A DNA stretch of 64,000 nucleotides, from positions 9,757,832 to 9,821,831 of the forward strand of contig OZ316897.1 in the NCBI GenBank assembly GCA_973895155.1. Direction: 5' to 3'. Shown here piece after piece: positions 62,770-64,000 of the stretch (position 1 is its first letter; each line of letters begins with the position of its first letter). A model generated the notes under the pieces. The model ran no database searches, was not told where the DNA came from, and saw nothing but the letters and a program-made list of their open reading frames with translations. Position numbers and translations under genes: made by a program. Origin of the DNA: Marsupella aquatica (taxonomy: Eukaryota > Plantae > Marchantiophyta).

Positions 62770-64000
62770 TGTTGAGCATAGACGACATTTGTAACGGCAA
62801 GCCCATGAACCATCCAACGCACAAGAGTAGACATAGAGAGATACGTGGTTCACCTCCACATGAGGCTACGTCCACGGGAACACACAAGAGCTTTACTGCA
62901 CGCTAGGCCGACCGGCCATACCAAGCATCCACAGCACAAACTCTCCCTATCTCTCAGCTAGCTCCGTAACAATGAGCCTAAGTTCCATCAGGGTCTGGCA
63001 TCAGCCCTGGCTATATACACAATAGCACTACCGCTAACATTAGCTAAGTCCTAACCTGAGTTAGCCTAACTGTAGTTAGCTAATGAGTCACAAGACTAGA
63101 GCAATATCTAACAAACTCCCCCTTAACTCTTGTCTTGGGGACTGGACTAAATGCTACCATATGGAATTTTCAGCGGGAAATTCTAGACAATAACCAAACC
63201 AGGTCTCCCCCTAAAAACCACAAGGGTTAACTAGAACTAAGTTGTAGCCAAACTAGAATGAGTAATCCATATACAAATAGTCACACTTTGCTAAATAACT
63301 CTACTTGCACTACAACTGCAAAACCTGCAAAGTAGCACGATGTCTTGAGAAACTCTCCAAAGGAATCACTTTGGTAAAGGCATCAATGGGATTGAGCTTT
63401 CCATCAATCTTGACTAGCTCAAAAGTTTTATCAGACACTGCTTGCCTGATAAAATGGTACCTGATATCAATGTGCTTCACCCTACTATCCATCACCTGGT
63501 TAGCAGCCAAGTGAAGAGCACTCTGACTATCATAGTTTAGAGTCATTTTGCCATGCTCTAAACCCATCTTCGCGATCAACTTCTCCAACCAAATTGTTTT
63601 CTTTGCTACTTATGCTGCTGCAACATACTCTGCTTCTGTAGTAGACTGAGATATGCACTTTTGCAAGGTAGATTTTCAACTGATACATCCTCCTCCAAGA
63701 GTGTATACAAACCCAGTTGTAGACCTCCTTGTATTCAGACAGCCTCCATAGTCAAAATCTACATAGTCAACTAACGTTCTATCTGATCTGACATCAAATA
63801 GTAATCCATAGTCCTGTATTCCCTTCAAATACATGAGAATCCACTTCACAGCTTCCCAATGTACCTTCCCTAGATTTGACATGAATCTGCTAACCTTGCC
63901 CATTGCTAGGGCCAAGTCAGGCCTAGTACAAGTCATCAAATACATCAGACTGCCTACTGCCTTCTCATAAGGAATCTTAGCCATCAGATCTTTCTCCACA
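62770..64000 (-). mobile_element. Second copy of the same copia family, inverted, extending beyond the window (3' LTR 62770-63113, PPT, RT/RNase H end 63310-64000)
   Basis: Reverse complement of the 1523/47181 LTR; CTCCCCCTT PPT at about 63116-63124; peptide nearly identical to 46290-46969 (KHIDIRYHFIRQAVSDK). Confidence 0.96.

Overview
Land-plant (embryophyte) nuclear DNA. Positions 1523-47523 are one Ty1/copia LTR retrotransposon (TSD GTTTC; LTRs about 5% diverged; about 6.9 kb once inserts are removed). It has been inflated to 46 kb by nested insertions whose ends and TSDs can all be read. (i) An 18.6-kb CACTA/EnSpm element (5791-24388, TSD GAA) containing a 297-bp MITE. (ii) A 17.8-kb TIR element (24592-42354, 8-bp TSD) whose transposase has P-element-superfamily motifs and is split by a near-intact L1 LINE (28412-35804, 16-bp TSD). 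(iii) A second MITE of the same TIR family (42759-45521) carrying a 2.46-kb element with 32-bp TIRs. The rest is a small gene island (TKPR2-like reductase, cytosolic cyclophilin) followed by an inverted second copy of the same copia family. Main finding: two unrelated DNA transposons (CACTA and P-like) each carry a stand-alone, intronless EDM2-type composite PHD-finger gene, a putative histone-mark reader, directly upstream of and co-oriented with their transposase. This points to a possible transposon-encoded anti-silencing or chromatin-sensing module. The P-like element also carries a DNA polymerase lambda-type BRCT domain and a canonical PCNA-binding PIP box. Protein family calls come from motif recognition by eye; no database search was run.
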